DNA from: Alteromonas sp. | GTDB lineage: Bacteria; Margulisbacteria; Marinamargulisbacteria; UBA6595 | Length of the DNA: 64,000 bases | Reading direction: 5' to 3' | Assembly (NCBI GenBank): GCA_964220215.1 | Contig: CAXPTH010000007.1 | Coordinates: forward strand, 1-64,000 | Part shown: positions 28,403 to 38,729 of the stretch, one piece after another | Position numbering within the stretch: position 1 is the first letter of the stretch | Layout of the letters: each line of letters starts with the position of its first letter | The notes under the pieces: model-generated | Databases searched by the model: none | What the model was told of the DNA's origin: nothing | Seen by the model: only the letters and a program-made list of their open reading frames with translations | Program-made: the position numbers and the translations under genes

Positions 28403-29656
28403 ATGATTAGCCCTAGAATGATTCTGTTTACGCACACGGATTCTGGGGTTGGGGATCGATTTTATCAACGCCGTCGGCAATTGGCTAAAAAAGTCGGGTT
28501 ACCGCTTATCTTAACAGCGGTTCCCACACCCTTGGGCCATCCTATTCCCTGGGTGCATGTCCATACACCCATTCATCAAGACCCCCTATTTTTATATCTT
28601 ACCGGCATTAATCAACCCGGATGCGTGCTGTACTGCGATGCGGACACAGACTATTTGTTTTTACCCAAGCAAGATCCCAAGCATGAATTTTGGGAGGGCC
28701 ATCGGCTCAGCTGCGACAACCCTGACGATGCACGCAATGTGCGCACTTACTCCGGTATTGAGCACATCCGCGATATCGCTGGCTTGTATCCATGGATCCG
28801 CGATCACGCCAACACGGTTGGCTGCCACTGGCATGCCTCAGACAGCAGCCCCATTCCCGATTACTTATGGGAGTTCAAAACAGCACTGACCGCTCAGCAC
28901 CCCGATTGCATGATTACCAACATTCAAGAGGCATTGTGGCCGGAACGCTTTGTGTTGGATTCCATTGACCAAGCGGACTTTGAGCATGCGTATCAAAAAA
29001 CAGTTGCTGCCTTTGCCGCCGTGCAATCCAAGTGGTCGACGTTTGCCTCCGAAACGGACTTAGCGGGGGCCTTAATTGGCGAACTGCTCAAAACAACCCC
29101 TTATGGACTTAGCTTCCCCCCCATTGTGGCCAATGGGGCCAATGCCACAACCTTGCATTACTCAGCCAACCATGCACCTCTGGATCCCAAGGCTCTGGTT
29201 TTGCTGGACTTTGGGTTGCGATGGCGTGGTATGTGCAGCGATGTCAGCCGAACGGTCCCGGTATCCGGCACCTTAAACCCGCTTCAAGCGCGCTTGCATG
29301 GCATTGTTGAAACGGTCAAAGCCAGCACCACGGCGTTGGCCAAACCGGGCGTCACGATTGATGCCCTCAACACCCATTGTTGGGGGGCTATCCAGCACGC
29401 TGTTCAAACAACCATTGTGGCTCATGGCGGCACCGTGACCCAAGACTATGATCAACGGCCCCATAATGTGGGCCATTTAATTGGCTATACCGTTCATGAT
29501 GGGGACCCCGCACGCAGCTACAAAGATAAGCCCTTGTCCGCCGGCATGGCGATCACGATTGAGCCTGGGTTTTATGGCCATGTTCGCATGACCCTGGACG
29601 GCACCGTGTATGAAGAAACGCTGGGAATTCGGATCGAAGATGCTGTGGTGATTTGA
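28403..29656 (+). CDS. pepP: Xaa-Pro aminopeptidase (M24)
   Basis: FLYLTG, LHY, LDFG…SDVSRT, GHLIG.VHD, TIEPG, GIRIED. Confidence 0.88.
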   Translation: MISPRMILFTHTDSGVGDRFYQRRRQLAKKVGLPLILTAVPTPLGHPIPWVHVHTPIHQDPLFLYLTGINQPGCVLYCDADTDYLFLPKQDPKHEFWEGHRLSCDNPDDARNVRTYSGIEHIRDIAGLYPWIRDHANTVGCHWHASDSSPIPDYLWEFKTALTAQHPDCMITNIQEALWPERFVLDSIDQADFEHAYQKTVAAFAAVQSKWSTFASETDLAGALIGELLKTTPYGLSFPPIVANGANATTLHYSANHAPLDPKALVLLDFGLRWRGMCSDVSRTVPVSGTLNPLQARLHGIVETVKASTTALAKPGVTIDALNTHCWGAIQHAVQTTIVAHGGTVTQDYDQRPHNVGHLIGYTVHDGDPARSYKDKPLSAGMAITIEPGFYGHVRMTLDGTVYEETLGIRIEDAVVI

Positions 29657-29785
29657 CAAATTTATTTTGATCAAATAAAATACACTATATAAAACTAAAA
29701 AATAAATTTAGTATAATTTTTTATATTTTTAAAAATTATAATTAAGTTTTTTTAGGAAAATTTAAAATTTGATACGGGGAGAATC

Positions 29786-30709
29786 ATGCTTCCATGTCTT
29801 GGAAAAATACTTTTCGGATGCTGTCAGAATCCATCTAGTTATATGGCACCGAGAGAGGAAGTTATGGAATATTCTAAGTCGCGATTAAGTTTTGCTACTT
29901 TAAGTGATGCAGTGACTATGTTTTGCAACTTCAAACCCATGGGGTTCGAGCAGGGTGACTATTTAGAAGTATCAGCTTTTGACAAAGAATTAGAATTACA
30001 ACTAAGAAACCTACAAAAAAATGGGATTTCAAAGAAAACAATTGACTTTGTGAGGGATGCCATAAACAATGCACCTAACGAAATAACTAAAAAAAACATT
30101 GTAGACAACCTACAACGGTATGCCGAAATTTGTGGCTCCCTGCTGAAGGACATCCACACTTTTAAAGTAATTAAAGGTCAGTTTCAAACAAAGTCTAAGT
30201 TAAATGATGATATTTTGGGTTTCATACAAGCACAACTTTCTGCCCCCCCCATTGTGGATAACCGCAAACAAATTCAGAATGCTGCTTATGCTATCTTGGT
30301 TCATAAACAACTATCCAACGATGGTATAAAGGCCCCACTCAAAGTGATTACCCATATACTCGATTATGTTGAACAACACCAAAATCAGACTGATCATGTT
30401 GGTGTAATTATGGACAATTTAGGCTGGTATGCCTTGGCCTACATATATTGTGAACGCACTGATAAAGATGAACTCTTCGATAAAATGCGCATTACTGTTA
30501 TCGTTGGCTTAAATATGAACTTCGAATCAAAGTTTTTGCTTAGCTGTAAAGATTATAAACAATTCGCTTCATTATCATTTTCACAAGTAGTCAATAACAC
30601 TGTTAATGGAGGAACCCGATACAAGAATATTATTAACTGGAAGAGTCTTGGCTATGATGCTCCAAGAATCTCCAGCGACGATAGCGCACACTCTTTCTTT
30701 AGCCTTTGA
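29786..30709 (+). CDS. Hypothetical AT-rich protein
   Basis: 307-aa ORF with GGGAG RBS after a very AT-rich spacer. Confidence 0.6.
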   Translation: MLPCLGKILFGCCQNPSSYMAPREEVMEYSKSRLSFATLSDAVTMFCNFKPMGFEQGDYLEVSAFDKELELQLRNLQKNGISKKTIDFVRDAINNAPNEITKKNIVDNLQRYAEICGSLLKDIHTFKVIKGQFQTKSKLNDDILGFIQAQLSAPPIVDNRKQIQNAAYAILVHKQLSNDGIKAPLKVITHILDYVEQHQNQTDHVGVIMDNLGWYALAYIYCERTDKDELFDKMRITVIVGLNMNFESKFLLSCKDYKQFASLSFSQVVNNTVNGGTRYKNIINWKSLGYDAPRISSDDSAHSFFSL

Positions 30710-30757
30710 CACACCTATTTTATTGACAGTTTACTGTAAACAATCAAGTTGTTAGGG

Positions 30758-30946
30758 CTAATCCAGCACCATGCTTGGCAACTGATGACGATCGGCTTCT
30801 GAAATCGCAATCTCAGGCTCGGTCATCCGCTGCGCAGCCATCCGATAATACACTTTGGGCGGCGCCCCGAGTTTAGTCAGTTGATTGGATTCCATCAAGG
30901 CTTTCAAATGCCGAAACAACGCTTGCGGCGAAATACCTAGATTCTT
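30758..30946 (-). pseudogene. Start-less winged-HTH fragment (KNLGISPQALFRHLKALMESNQLTKLGAPPKVYY…)
   Basis: Manual translation; in-frame stop just upstream and no canonical start. Confidence 0.6.
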
Positions 30947-31023
30947 TTTTATTTATAGTTTACTGTAAACTATAAACTATAAACTATAGCAAGTCATCGT
31001 CTAAAAACTGACTTCACCGTCAA

Positions 31024-31593
31024 TCACGACGCAATACGCACCACCCGATCCCCCTGTTGGTGATACCGCTCCTCGCTTTTGGGGCACACAAAATACCCAT
31101 CCGCATCAAACACCATGCGAATACCCCCCGCACTCATCCAACCAATACAATGCCCCGGATTGCCCACAATAACCGCATAATCCGGCACATCATCCACCAC
31201 CACAGCACCCGCACCAATGCACGCATACCGCCCAATCGTCACCCCACACACAATCGTAGCATTCGCCCCAATCGACGCCCCCCGCCTCACCACCGTCTTG
31301 ATGTAATACTGCGTGTCCGCCTGCGGAAATTCGCAGCGGGGGTTTTTGATATTGGTAAACACCATCGAGGGCCCACAAAACACATAATCTTCCAAAACAA
31401 CCCCCTCATACACCGACACATTGTTCTGAATCTTGCACCCATGACCAATAACCACCCGGCTGCCAATCATCACACTTTGCCCAAATACACACCGATCCCC
31501 AATCCGAGCCTCCGCATGAATCACACCAAATGGCCCCATACTAAGCCCCGCTCCAATGCTGGCTGAATCTGAACAAATTACCGTTTCATGCAT
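31024..31593 (-). CDS. Hexapeptide sugar N-acetyltransferase (WbpD/WlbB-like)
   Basis: [36 protein letters not shown]. Confidence 0.9.
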   Translation of the reverse strand: MHETVICSDSASIGAGLSMGPFGVIHAEARIGDRCVFGQSVMIGSRVVIGHGCKIQNNVSVYEGVVLEDYVFCGPSMVFTNIKNPRCEFPQADTQYYIKTVVRRGASIGANATIVCGVTIGRYACIGAGAVVVDDVPDYAVIVGNPGHCIGWMSAGGIRMVFDADGYFVCPKSEERYHQQGDRVVRIAS

Positions 31594-32632
31594 CCCTGTC
31601 ATTGTACTTTCCTGGCTGAGAATTATAGCAAACAATGCGCTGGGCAAACAAGCCACTCACCGACCAATCAATCGGGCTCGGCGACTCCCAATGCTGTGCC
31701 ACAGCCGCGCACACCGCCGCTGGATCATCGGCCACACACTGAATCCGTGGCCCAATCAATTGCGCCTGCTCCCGAAACCGTTTGGCTGTCGTTTGCGGAC
31801 CCGTTCCCGGAAATACCAGCACCGTCCGCCCATACAACGCCGCCTGCTCATTGGCCGTACCCGCCATCCCAATCACAACGCCACTCTGCTCAATCACCGT
31901 GGCCATGTCCTGGGTCCACACCGCCGACGGGGGGGCAATCGCACGCAATCGACGCGCATCCAATTGCGGCGGGGCCCCAATTAACAGCTGATACTCCCCC
32001 AAACAATCCGCTAAATGTGCGATTATTTTTTCCAAATTGGCATACGCTTCATCCCGAGAACCCGGCAATATCCCAATGTAGCGCGGACCAACCGGTACCG
32101 TGTCCACCGGCGGAGACACCGTCATCACCGGGCTGCCCACATACGCCGCAGAAACCCCAGCCACACGCAAATCATTGGCCGTTTCCAGGTCTCGGGGAAA
32201 GACCCGCTCACACCACCGCCGCATGAGCCAACACTCCAACCAACTGTGCCGCATAAACCGATGACTCTTGGCGGTGGGCAAAAACCATACCGATCGACCC
32301 AAGGCCCATCGCGTGACCACCAAGGCCCACACATCCCCCACAACCACCACCTGATCCACACCAGCCAATGCCTGACGAATGGCATCCCGTTGCCGAAACA
32401 CTAAGCCAATTAAGCCCGCGCTTACATCCCCCACCAATTGACGCCAAGAGCGCACAAACCCGCCACTGGGGAGCACCGGAAATGTGGCCGCTGGACGCAC
32501 CCCCACCCGGGCATAATGCGCCCCATCGCCCACCAAGGCCACCGCAACAACGTCCGCTTGACCCGCCCACGCCTGGGCCATGGCTGCCGCAATGGCATCT
32601 TCACCATACCCGTTGGACACCAGCCCGATCAT
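31586..32632 (-). CDS. Lipid-A-disaccharide synthase-related protein (TIGR03492-like)
   Basis: [31 protein letters not shown]. Confidence 0.85.
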   Translation of the reverse strand: MIGLVSNGYGEDAIAAAMAQAWAGQADVVAVALVGDGAHYARVGVRPAATFPVLPSGGFVRSWRQLVGDVSAGLIGLVFRQRDAIRQALAGVDQVVVVGDVWALVVTRWALGRSVWFLPTAKSHRFMRHSWLECWLMRRWCERVFPRDLETANDLRVAGVSAAYVGSPVMTVSPPVDTVPVGPRYIGILPGSRDEAYANLEKIIAHLADCLGEYQLLIGAPPQLDARRLRAIAPPSAVWTQDMATVIEQSGVVIGMAGTANEQAALYGRTVLVFPGTGPQTTAKRFREQAQLIGPRIQCVADDPAAVCAAVAQHWESPSPIDWSVSGLFAQRIVCYNSQPGKYNDRDA

Positions 32633-33198
32633 GCGAGAATGGCGTCGACCGCTTGCCCAATATTGGGATAATACGGGGTCCCCGGTGGACACGCCGCATG
32701 CGCCGCCCGATCTTCGATTAAAATACCCGTAACACCCGCCCGTTGACCCGCTTCCACATCGCTGACCTTGTCCCCCACCATGTAACTACTGGCGGGATCA
32801 ATCCCGTGCCGCTCAATGGCGGTTATCAGCATGCCCGGATTGGGCTTTCGGCAGTCACACGCTTGCGAATAGCCCGGCACCACACCCGCTGTGGGGTGAT
32901 GCGGGCAGAATAAGGTATCCACAATTTCAATTCCTTGGGCCAATAACATGGCCAAGAGCCGATGCTGCCGAGCCCAAAACCCCGATTCGGTCATCAACCC
33001 CCGGGCAATGCCCGATTGATTGGTGACGATGATGCATAAAAATCCAGAAAAACTCGCTTTTTTGAGCGCTGGAATCGTTGTGGGCAAAAGGGTCATCGCC
33101 ATCGGATCTTCGCTGTATGGCACATCCTCAATCAAGGTGCCATCGCGATCCACAAACAAGGCCTTACGCAACGCCAAGTCGGTAATCCACCCACTCAC
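32629..33198 (-). CDS. gmhB: Heptose 1,7-bisphosphate phosphatase
   Basis: DRDGT, TNQSG, CPHHP…CDCRKP. Confidence 0.9.
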   Translation of the reverse strand: MSGWITDLALRKALFVDRDGTLIEDVPYSEDPMAMTLLPTTIPALKKASFSGFLCIIVTNQSGIARGLMTESGFWARQHRLLAMLLAQGIEIVDTLFCPHHPTAGVVPGYSQACDCRKPNPGMLITAIERHGIDPASSYMVGDKVSDVEAGQRAGVTGILIEDRAAHAACPPGTPYYPNIGQAVDAILA

Positions 33199-33742
33199 AC
33201 ATCATATGCAACGCCATAATATGCGTCTCCTGAATGCGCGGGGTATCGGGATGGGGCACATGAATGCTGTAATCCACCATGGTGCGAATGGCGCCGCCGT
33301 CTTTACCCGTTACCCCCACGGTGCTCACACCGGCTGTTTGGGCGGCTTCAATGGCTGCCAGCAAATTGGGCGAATTGCCACTGGTACTAATCGCAAAAAA
33401 CACATCACCGGGCTGACCCAAGGCCTGAATTTGCCGGGAAAATACCGCTTCAAACCCATAGTCATTGCCAATGGCTGTTATGGCCGAGGTATCCGTCGTT
33501 AAGGCTATGGCCGGCAATGGCTGACGATCTTTTAAAAAGCGACCCGTAAACTCAGCCGCAATATGCTGGGCGTCCGCCGCAGACCCCCCATTGCCGGCCA
33601 AGAGCACTTTATGCCCCGATTTCAAACACTGAAACACCTGCTCAGCGACCTGAGCGAGTGCCTCAAGATCCAAACTTTGCTTGGCCACAATGCTCGCAGC
33701 CAGACTATTCGTAAACAATGTTGTCTGCACAGAATCCGTCAT
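33164..33742 (-). CDS. gmhA: Phosphoheptose isomerase
   Basis: GNGGSAADAQH, STSGNS, RIQE. Confidence 0.95.
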   Translation of the reverse strand: MTDSVQTTLFTNSLAASIVAKQSLDLEALAQVAEQVFQCLKSGHKVLLAGNGGSAADAQHIAAEFTGRFLKDRQPLPAIALTTDTSAITAIGNDYGFEAVFSRQIQALGQPGDVFFAISTSGNSPNLLAAIEAAQTAGVSTVGVTGKDGGAIRTMVDYSIHVPHPDTPRIQETHIMALHMMCEWVDYRLGVA

Positions 33743-33786
33743 GTGCTTGTTATTGTACCATTTTTTAAATTACCTTCTGTAACGGC

Positions 33787-34563
33787 TTAGGCCTCCCGAC
33801 GGCTACACCCATAAAATACCAACACCCCAATAGCCACACCCACAAGGCTCAGCACGTGCCCCATCGACAACACCCCCCACACAAACCCCAACTGCGGATC
33901 CGGCTGACGAAACCACTCACACACAAACCGAGCCAGGCTATATGCCATTAAATAGATAGCCGCCAATTGACCCGGTTTCAACCGAAAGAATCGGTGCACA
34001 GCCCAAACCAACACACCCACACCAAGGCCCTCTAAACCCGCCTCATACAACTGCGACGGATGCCGCAACTCCGGACCCACGTGCGGAAAAACAAGGCCCC
34101 AGGGCACCGTTGTCACCCGCCCCACCAACTCACCATTAATAAAATTGCCCAATCGCCCAAAAAATACACCAATGGCTCCCCCAAAACTCAACCAATCGAC
34201 CAAGTGCAACCACCGCACGCGCTCGCGCTTCGCCACCCACGCCGTGGCCACCAACACCCCCAAAAGCCCGCCATGAAAACTCATACCCCCAGTCCAAACA
34301 TGCAAAATCGCCACCGGATGATGCATATAATACGCCCAATCATATAAAACAACGTAGCCCAATCGCCCGCCAAGAACGATGCCAATAATCAGTGCGGTGA
34401 TCCACGACAAATACAGATCCAAGTCCCATCGCATTTGCCGAGTCACCGGCCGATACAACACCCAGGCACTCAGCCCAATACCCAACACATACATCACCCC
34501 ATACCAATAAATAGCCACCGGGCCTAGTTGAATCGCCACGGGATTAATAGCCGGAAATACCAT
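33787..34563 (-). CDS. lgt: Prolipoprotein diacylglyceryl transferase
   Basis: WYGVMY, GGMSFHGG, RLGNFINGE, HPSQLYE. Confidence 0.95.
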   Translation of the reverse strand: MVFPAINPVAIQLGPVAIYWYGVMYVLGIGLSAWVLYRPVTRQMRWDLDLYLSWITALIIGIVLGGRLGYVVLYDWAYYMHHPVAILHVWTGGMSFHGGLLGVLVATAWVAKRERVRWLHLVDWLSFGGAIGVFFGRLGNFINGELVGRVTTVPWGLVFPHVGPELRHPSQLYEAGLEGLGVGVLVWAVHRFFRLKPGQLAAIYLMAYSLARFVCEWFRQPDPQLGFVWGVLSMGHVLSLVGVAIGVLVFYGCSRREA

Positions 34564-34619
34564 GCTCCTTATTATACAAATATACAAACTGAAAAACTAT
34601 TAGTATACTGATAGTGACT

Positions 34620-35366
34620 ATGACAACCAGTTTCATTGTATTAGCAGCCGGAAAAGGCTCCCGCATGAACAGCGATTTGCCCAAAGTCCTGCATCCATTG
34701 CATGGCAAACCCCTGTTGCATCACATTCTGGACACCCTGCAATCCCTCAACACAGACACTGAGCATCGCTACCACCTCGTCGTGGGCTATCAAGCCAGCG
34801 CCGTTCAACGCGCTACCCAAGACTATTCCATTCAATACAGCACCCAACACGAACAGCTAGGGACCGGCCACGCCGTCCAACAAGCCCTGACCACAACCGT
34901 GACCCCGGATGAACACACCGTCGTTATTTTACCTGGGGATTGCCCGTTAATTTCATCCCGCACGCTGTTGAACTTACTCAACACCCATCACACAGCATCG
35001 GCCGATGCAACGGTGCTCACCACCCAACTGCCCGACCCCGGGGCCTATGGGCGAATCATTCGCAATGCGTCCGGCGATCTGATTGGCATTCAAGAAGCCA
35101 AAGATTGCAGCCCAGAGCAATTGGCCATCACCGAAATTAATGCGGGGATTTATGTGTTTAATCGTGCCGCATTGGTGGATAGCATTCAAACGCTCACCTG
35201 TGCCAATGCCCAAGGCGAATATTACCTGACGGATGTGATTGGCAATTTGCACACCCATCACAGGACGGTATCCAGCGTGTGTACCGACGACCCCACTGAG
35301 GCTATGGGCGTCAATACCGCTGACGAATTATCTGAATTGGCAGCAAAATACAGCCCCAACCAGTAG
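34620..35366 (+). CDS. GlmU N-terminal (uridylyltransferase) domain protein
   Basis: LAAGKGSRM, QLGTGHA, YGRI, EYYLTD; no LbH domain. Confidence 0.85.
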   Translation: MTTSFIVLAAGKGSRMNSDLPKVLHPLHGKPLLHHILDTLQSLNTDTEHRYHLVVGYQASAVQRATQDYSIQYSTQHEQLGTGHAVQQALTTTVTPDEHTVVILPGDCPLISSRTLLNLLNTHHTASADATVLTTQLPDPGAYGRIIRNASGDLIGIQEAKDCSPEQLAITEINAGIYVFNRAALVDSIQTLTCANAQGEYYLTDVIGNLHTHHRTVSSVCTDDPTEAMGVNTADELSELAAKYSPNQ

Positions 35367-35439
35367 ACGGTTATTTCCAATTAACGGTATAATTGAAGGC
35401 TAAACGTTTGCATTAAATATTGAAGGAGTGTGAAACAAC

Positions 35440-36243
35440 ATGGCAGAGCCACTAATGAAAGGAAAAAAAGGATTAATTTTTGGTGTTGGCAATAAGCATA
35501 GTATTGCCTATGGCATTGCCAAAGAACTGTACGACCATGGCGCCGAATTGGCTTTCACCTATGCCGGACCCGTGATGGAAAAACGTGTGCGCCCCGTAGC
35601 CGAATCCTTTAATTCTAAATTCTTAATGGAATGCGATGTCACCAGCGATGGGGCCATTGATGCCGTATTTTCAGCGTACGAGTCCCAAATTGGCCAACTC
35701 GACTTCATTGTTCACTCCGTCGCCTATGCACAAGCCGAAGACTTAGCGAACAATTTTAGCGATACATCCCGCGATGGATGGAAGCTTGCGCTGGACATTA
35801 GTGCCTACTCCCTATTGCCAATGGCCCGTTGGGGGAAAAAACTCATGCCCAACGGCGGATCCATTTTAGCCCTAACATTTATTGGCGGCGAAAAATCCGT
35901 TCCGTATTACAACGTCATGGGTGTGGCCAAAGCGGCTCTTGAATCCAGTGTGCGGTACTTAGCCGCTGAGCTGGGGCCCCAACAAATTCGGGTTAACAGC
36001 TTATCCGCCGGCCCGATTAAAACATTGGCTGGAAAAGGCATTAAAGGCTTTGACTTATTATTAAAAATCAATGAAATGCGTAGCCCAATGCGTCGGAATA
36101 TTACCCTAGAAGAAGTGGGTAAATCGGGACTGTATTTGCTGTCTGATTTATCCACAGCGGTGAACGGGGAGAACTTGCATGTGGATGGCGGCGTTCACAG
36201 TATTGCCGCTTGCGAAGCCGATAAAGAACTCGCCAAACTATAG
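35440..36243 (+). CDS. fabI: Enoyl-ACP reductase
   Basis: YNVMGVAKAALE, AGPIKTLA. Confidence 0.95.
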   Translation: MAEPLMKGKKGLIFGVGNKHSIAYGIAKELYDHGAELAFTYAGPVMEKRVRPVAESFNSKFLMECDVTSDGAIDAVFSAYESQIGQLDFIVHSVAYAQAEDLANNFSDTSRDGWKLALDISAYSLLPMARWGKKLMPNGGSILALTFIGGEKSVPYYNVMGVAKAALESSVRYLAAELGPQQIRVNSLSAGPIKTLAGKGIKGFDLLLKINEMRSPMRRNITLEEVGKSGLYLLSDLSTAVNGENLHVDGGVHSIAACEADKELAKL

Positions 36244-36247
36244 CATA

Positions 36248-36625
36248 ATGATCCGCAGCCTCCGTCATTGGCGTGGCTGGGTTGCTGCGGGCTTAATCCT
36301 GGGTTTAATCAGCGCGACACCCACACTCCCCATTCCGAGTACAGCCAGCGTGGCCAATACAGCGACTGATCTTGTCTGTTCAGGCGCTGGATTTGGCCCC
36401 AGTCACGGCGGGATTTGGCTAGCCAAAAAAACACTTCAAGCCCAAACAGCAACAGATAGCCTAGACGCTCAGACTGTGCGAACCAGCACACATGCCCATG
36501 GGATGACCCCAACCGATCACCGATTCCATGCGGCAACCCCCAGCTGCCCACGGACAGCCGGGCCCGTATATGGGGGGTATGCGGACCCTGTTCGGATCAC
36601 CCACACCCGAGCCCCGCCCGCTTAA
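36248..36625 (+). CDS. DUF2946/CruR-like leader protein ending in RAPP
   Basis: N-terminal hydrophobic segment, VCSGAG, C-terminal RAPPA, directly upstream of a TonB receptor. Confidence 0.65.
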   Translation: MIRSLRHWRGWVAAGLILGLISATPTLPIPSTASVANTATDLVCSGAGFGPSHGGIWLAKKTLQAQTATDSLDAQTVRTSTHAHGMTPTDHRFHAATPSCPRTAGPVYGGYADPVRITHTRAPPA

Positions 36626-36667
36626 CGACGCTCAATCGTTTTACTGGAATAATTTGGAGGGCGTTGT

Positions 36668-38725
36668 ATGATTCGCACGTATTTAGAAGCACCGTGGGTG
36701 CATGGTTTAATAATGTTACTGTTAGGATGGAGCCAACTGGCACACGGAACCCTAGACCCCATTGTGGTTACAGGGATCCGAGAGTCGCAAAATCAGCATG
36801 CCGTTGCGGGTGCTATTGGGGTTGCCAATTCAGACGATATTGCACACGTGATGCCCAGTCATCCCGCTGAATTGCTCAATCGGATCCCCGGCGTGCACGT
36901 CAACAACTTAGGGGGCGAAGGCCATATGACCGCCATTCGGCAACCCATCACAACCCAAGGCGTGTATTTATTTTTGGAAGATGGTATCCCCACACGCCCC
37001 CCCGGCCTGTTCAATCACAATGCCTTGTATGAAGTGAATGGGGCACACGCCCACCGGGTTGAAGTGATTAAGGGCCCTGGATCGGCGTTGTATGGCAGCG
37101 ATTCCATTGGGGGCATTATTAATACCATCACCCAACCAGCCCCGGCTGCTATGGCAGGGTCCCTCAATCCCGAGTGGGGCAGTTATGGCTGGCGCCGGTT
37201 CCTAACTAGTGTGGGCGGGCCCATCACCGATTCTTTGGGCATTCGAGTCAATGCCAATAGCACCCAAAGCACGGGCTTTCGAGACCATGCGGCGTATACC
37301 CGACACAGTGGCAGCATTCGCTTGGATCACGCCCTTGGCCAAACCACAGATGCCGTCACCCACATTGCCTACACGTCGGTCCAGCAACGGGGCGTATCCG
37401 CATTGAATGCCGCCGACTATCACCACCGGCCCCATCACAACGATTACCACAACAGCGTGGGCCGACGCGATGTGCAAGCATTGCGCATTTCAACAGCCAT
37501 TACACACACCCCTAGCCCCCACCAGGAATGGTCCATCACGCCCTTTTTTCGCAGCAATCGCATGCAGTTGATGCCCAGCTGGATGCTGGGCTATGACCCC
37601 AATGATCGGGACTACCGTTTTCAGTCGTATGGCGCACTGCTTAAGCACCGGTACCAAACCGCTGATCACTCCCGCGTTTTGATTACCGGTCTGGACCTGG
37701 ACTATACCCCATCCACATACACCGAATACCGATTAACCAACGAATCGCAGGGCTCTGTGATTGTCAACACAACCCAAACCCCCACCCGAAACTATGACTT
37801 TCGGGCCAATCAGCTCAGCGCATCGCCCTATATCCATACCGAGTGGCAACACCAAAACCTACGCATCATCGGCGGATTGCGTTACGATTATTTTTCCATT
37901 GACTATACAGATCGACTCACAACCCCGCAAACGGCCATGCATCAGCGCCCACGCTCCCAAGTCCGAACCTACGCCCAAACCAGCCCAAAGTTCGACGTGA
38001 TCTACGCCCTATCGCCAAACCACAGCACCTATGCCACTTACCGACAATCGTTTCGAGCCCCCGGCACCGGAGAATTGTTTCGGTCCGGCAAGAGCCTGCA
38101 GACGGATCAACTCAAGCCAGTTCAAACGACCGCTCTGGAAACCGGTATCCGTGGCCGCTTTACCCCGGCCCTCACCTACAGTGCCGCCGCCTACCACATG
38201 GTGATTAACAATGATATTCTCACCATAACGGATACAAACACACGGCGCACGATTAACGCCGGGACAACCGTACACGATGGGCTCGAACTGGGTCTTAACG
38301 CCCAGCTGAGTGCCCAATGGCGGCTGCACACGGGGGTGGGGCTGAGTCGACACTATTACCGATCATTCGCGGATAAAGACGGTAATTACACCGGCAACAC
38401 TGTGGCCAGATCCCCCATCACCACAGGAACCGCTGAGCTGCAGTATCAACCGGTTCATCACGCCAGTATCACCCTGGAAGGCGAGCACGTGGGGGGCTAC
38501 TATGTGGATGAAACCAATACGGACCGCTATCCCGGGCACACCCTTTTGAATCTGCGCGTCCAGTATCATGTGTCCAACACGCACACCCTCTACGGCCGCA
38601 TGATGAACCTAGGCAATGTTCGCTACTCAACCTACACCAGCAAACAGGTTGGCCCCAACCGACCCGTAACCTATCGGCCCGGGCAACCCCGAACCGTTAT
38701 TATTGGCCTAAAATCCAAATTTTAA
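36668..38725 (+). CDS. TonB-dependent receptor
   Basis: IVVTG box, plug EVIKGPGSALYGSDSIGGIIN, terminal Phe. Confidence 0.93.
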   Translation: MIRTYLEAPWVHGLIMLLLGWSQLAHGTLDPIVVTGIRESQNQHAVAGAIGVANSDDIAHVMPSHPAELLNRIPGVHVNNLGGEGHMTAIRQPITTQGVYLFLEDGIPTRPPGLFNHNALYEVNGAHAHRVEVIKGPGSALYGSDSIGGIINTITQPAPAAMAGSLNPEWGSYGWRRFLTSVGGPITDSLGIRVNANSTQSTGFRDHAAYTRHSGSIRLDHALGQTTDAVTHIAYTSVQQRGVSALNAADYHHRPHHNDYHNSVGRRDVQALRISTAITHTPSPHQEWSITPFFRSNRMQLMPSWMLGYDPNDRDYRFQSYGALLKHRYQTADHSRVLITGLDLDYTPSTYTEYRLTNESQGSVIVNTTQTPTRNYDFRANQLSASPYIHTEWQHQNLRIIGGLRYDYFSIDYTDRLTTPQTAMHQRPRSQVRTYAQTSPKFDVIYALSPNHSTYATYRQSFRAPGTGELFRSGKSLQTDQLKPVQTTALETGIRGRFTPALTYSAAAYHMVINNDILTITDTNTRRTINAGTTVHDGLELGLNAQLSAQWRLHTGVGLSRHYYRSFADKDGNYTGNTVARSPITTGTAELQYQPVHHASITLEGEHVGGYYVDETNTDRYPGHTLLNLRVQYHVSNTHTLYGRMMNLGNVRYSTYTSKQVGPNRPVTYRPGQPRTVIIGLKSKF

Positions 38726-38729
38726 TCGC

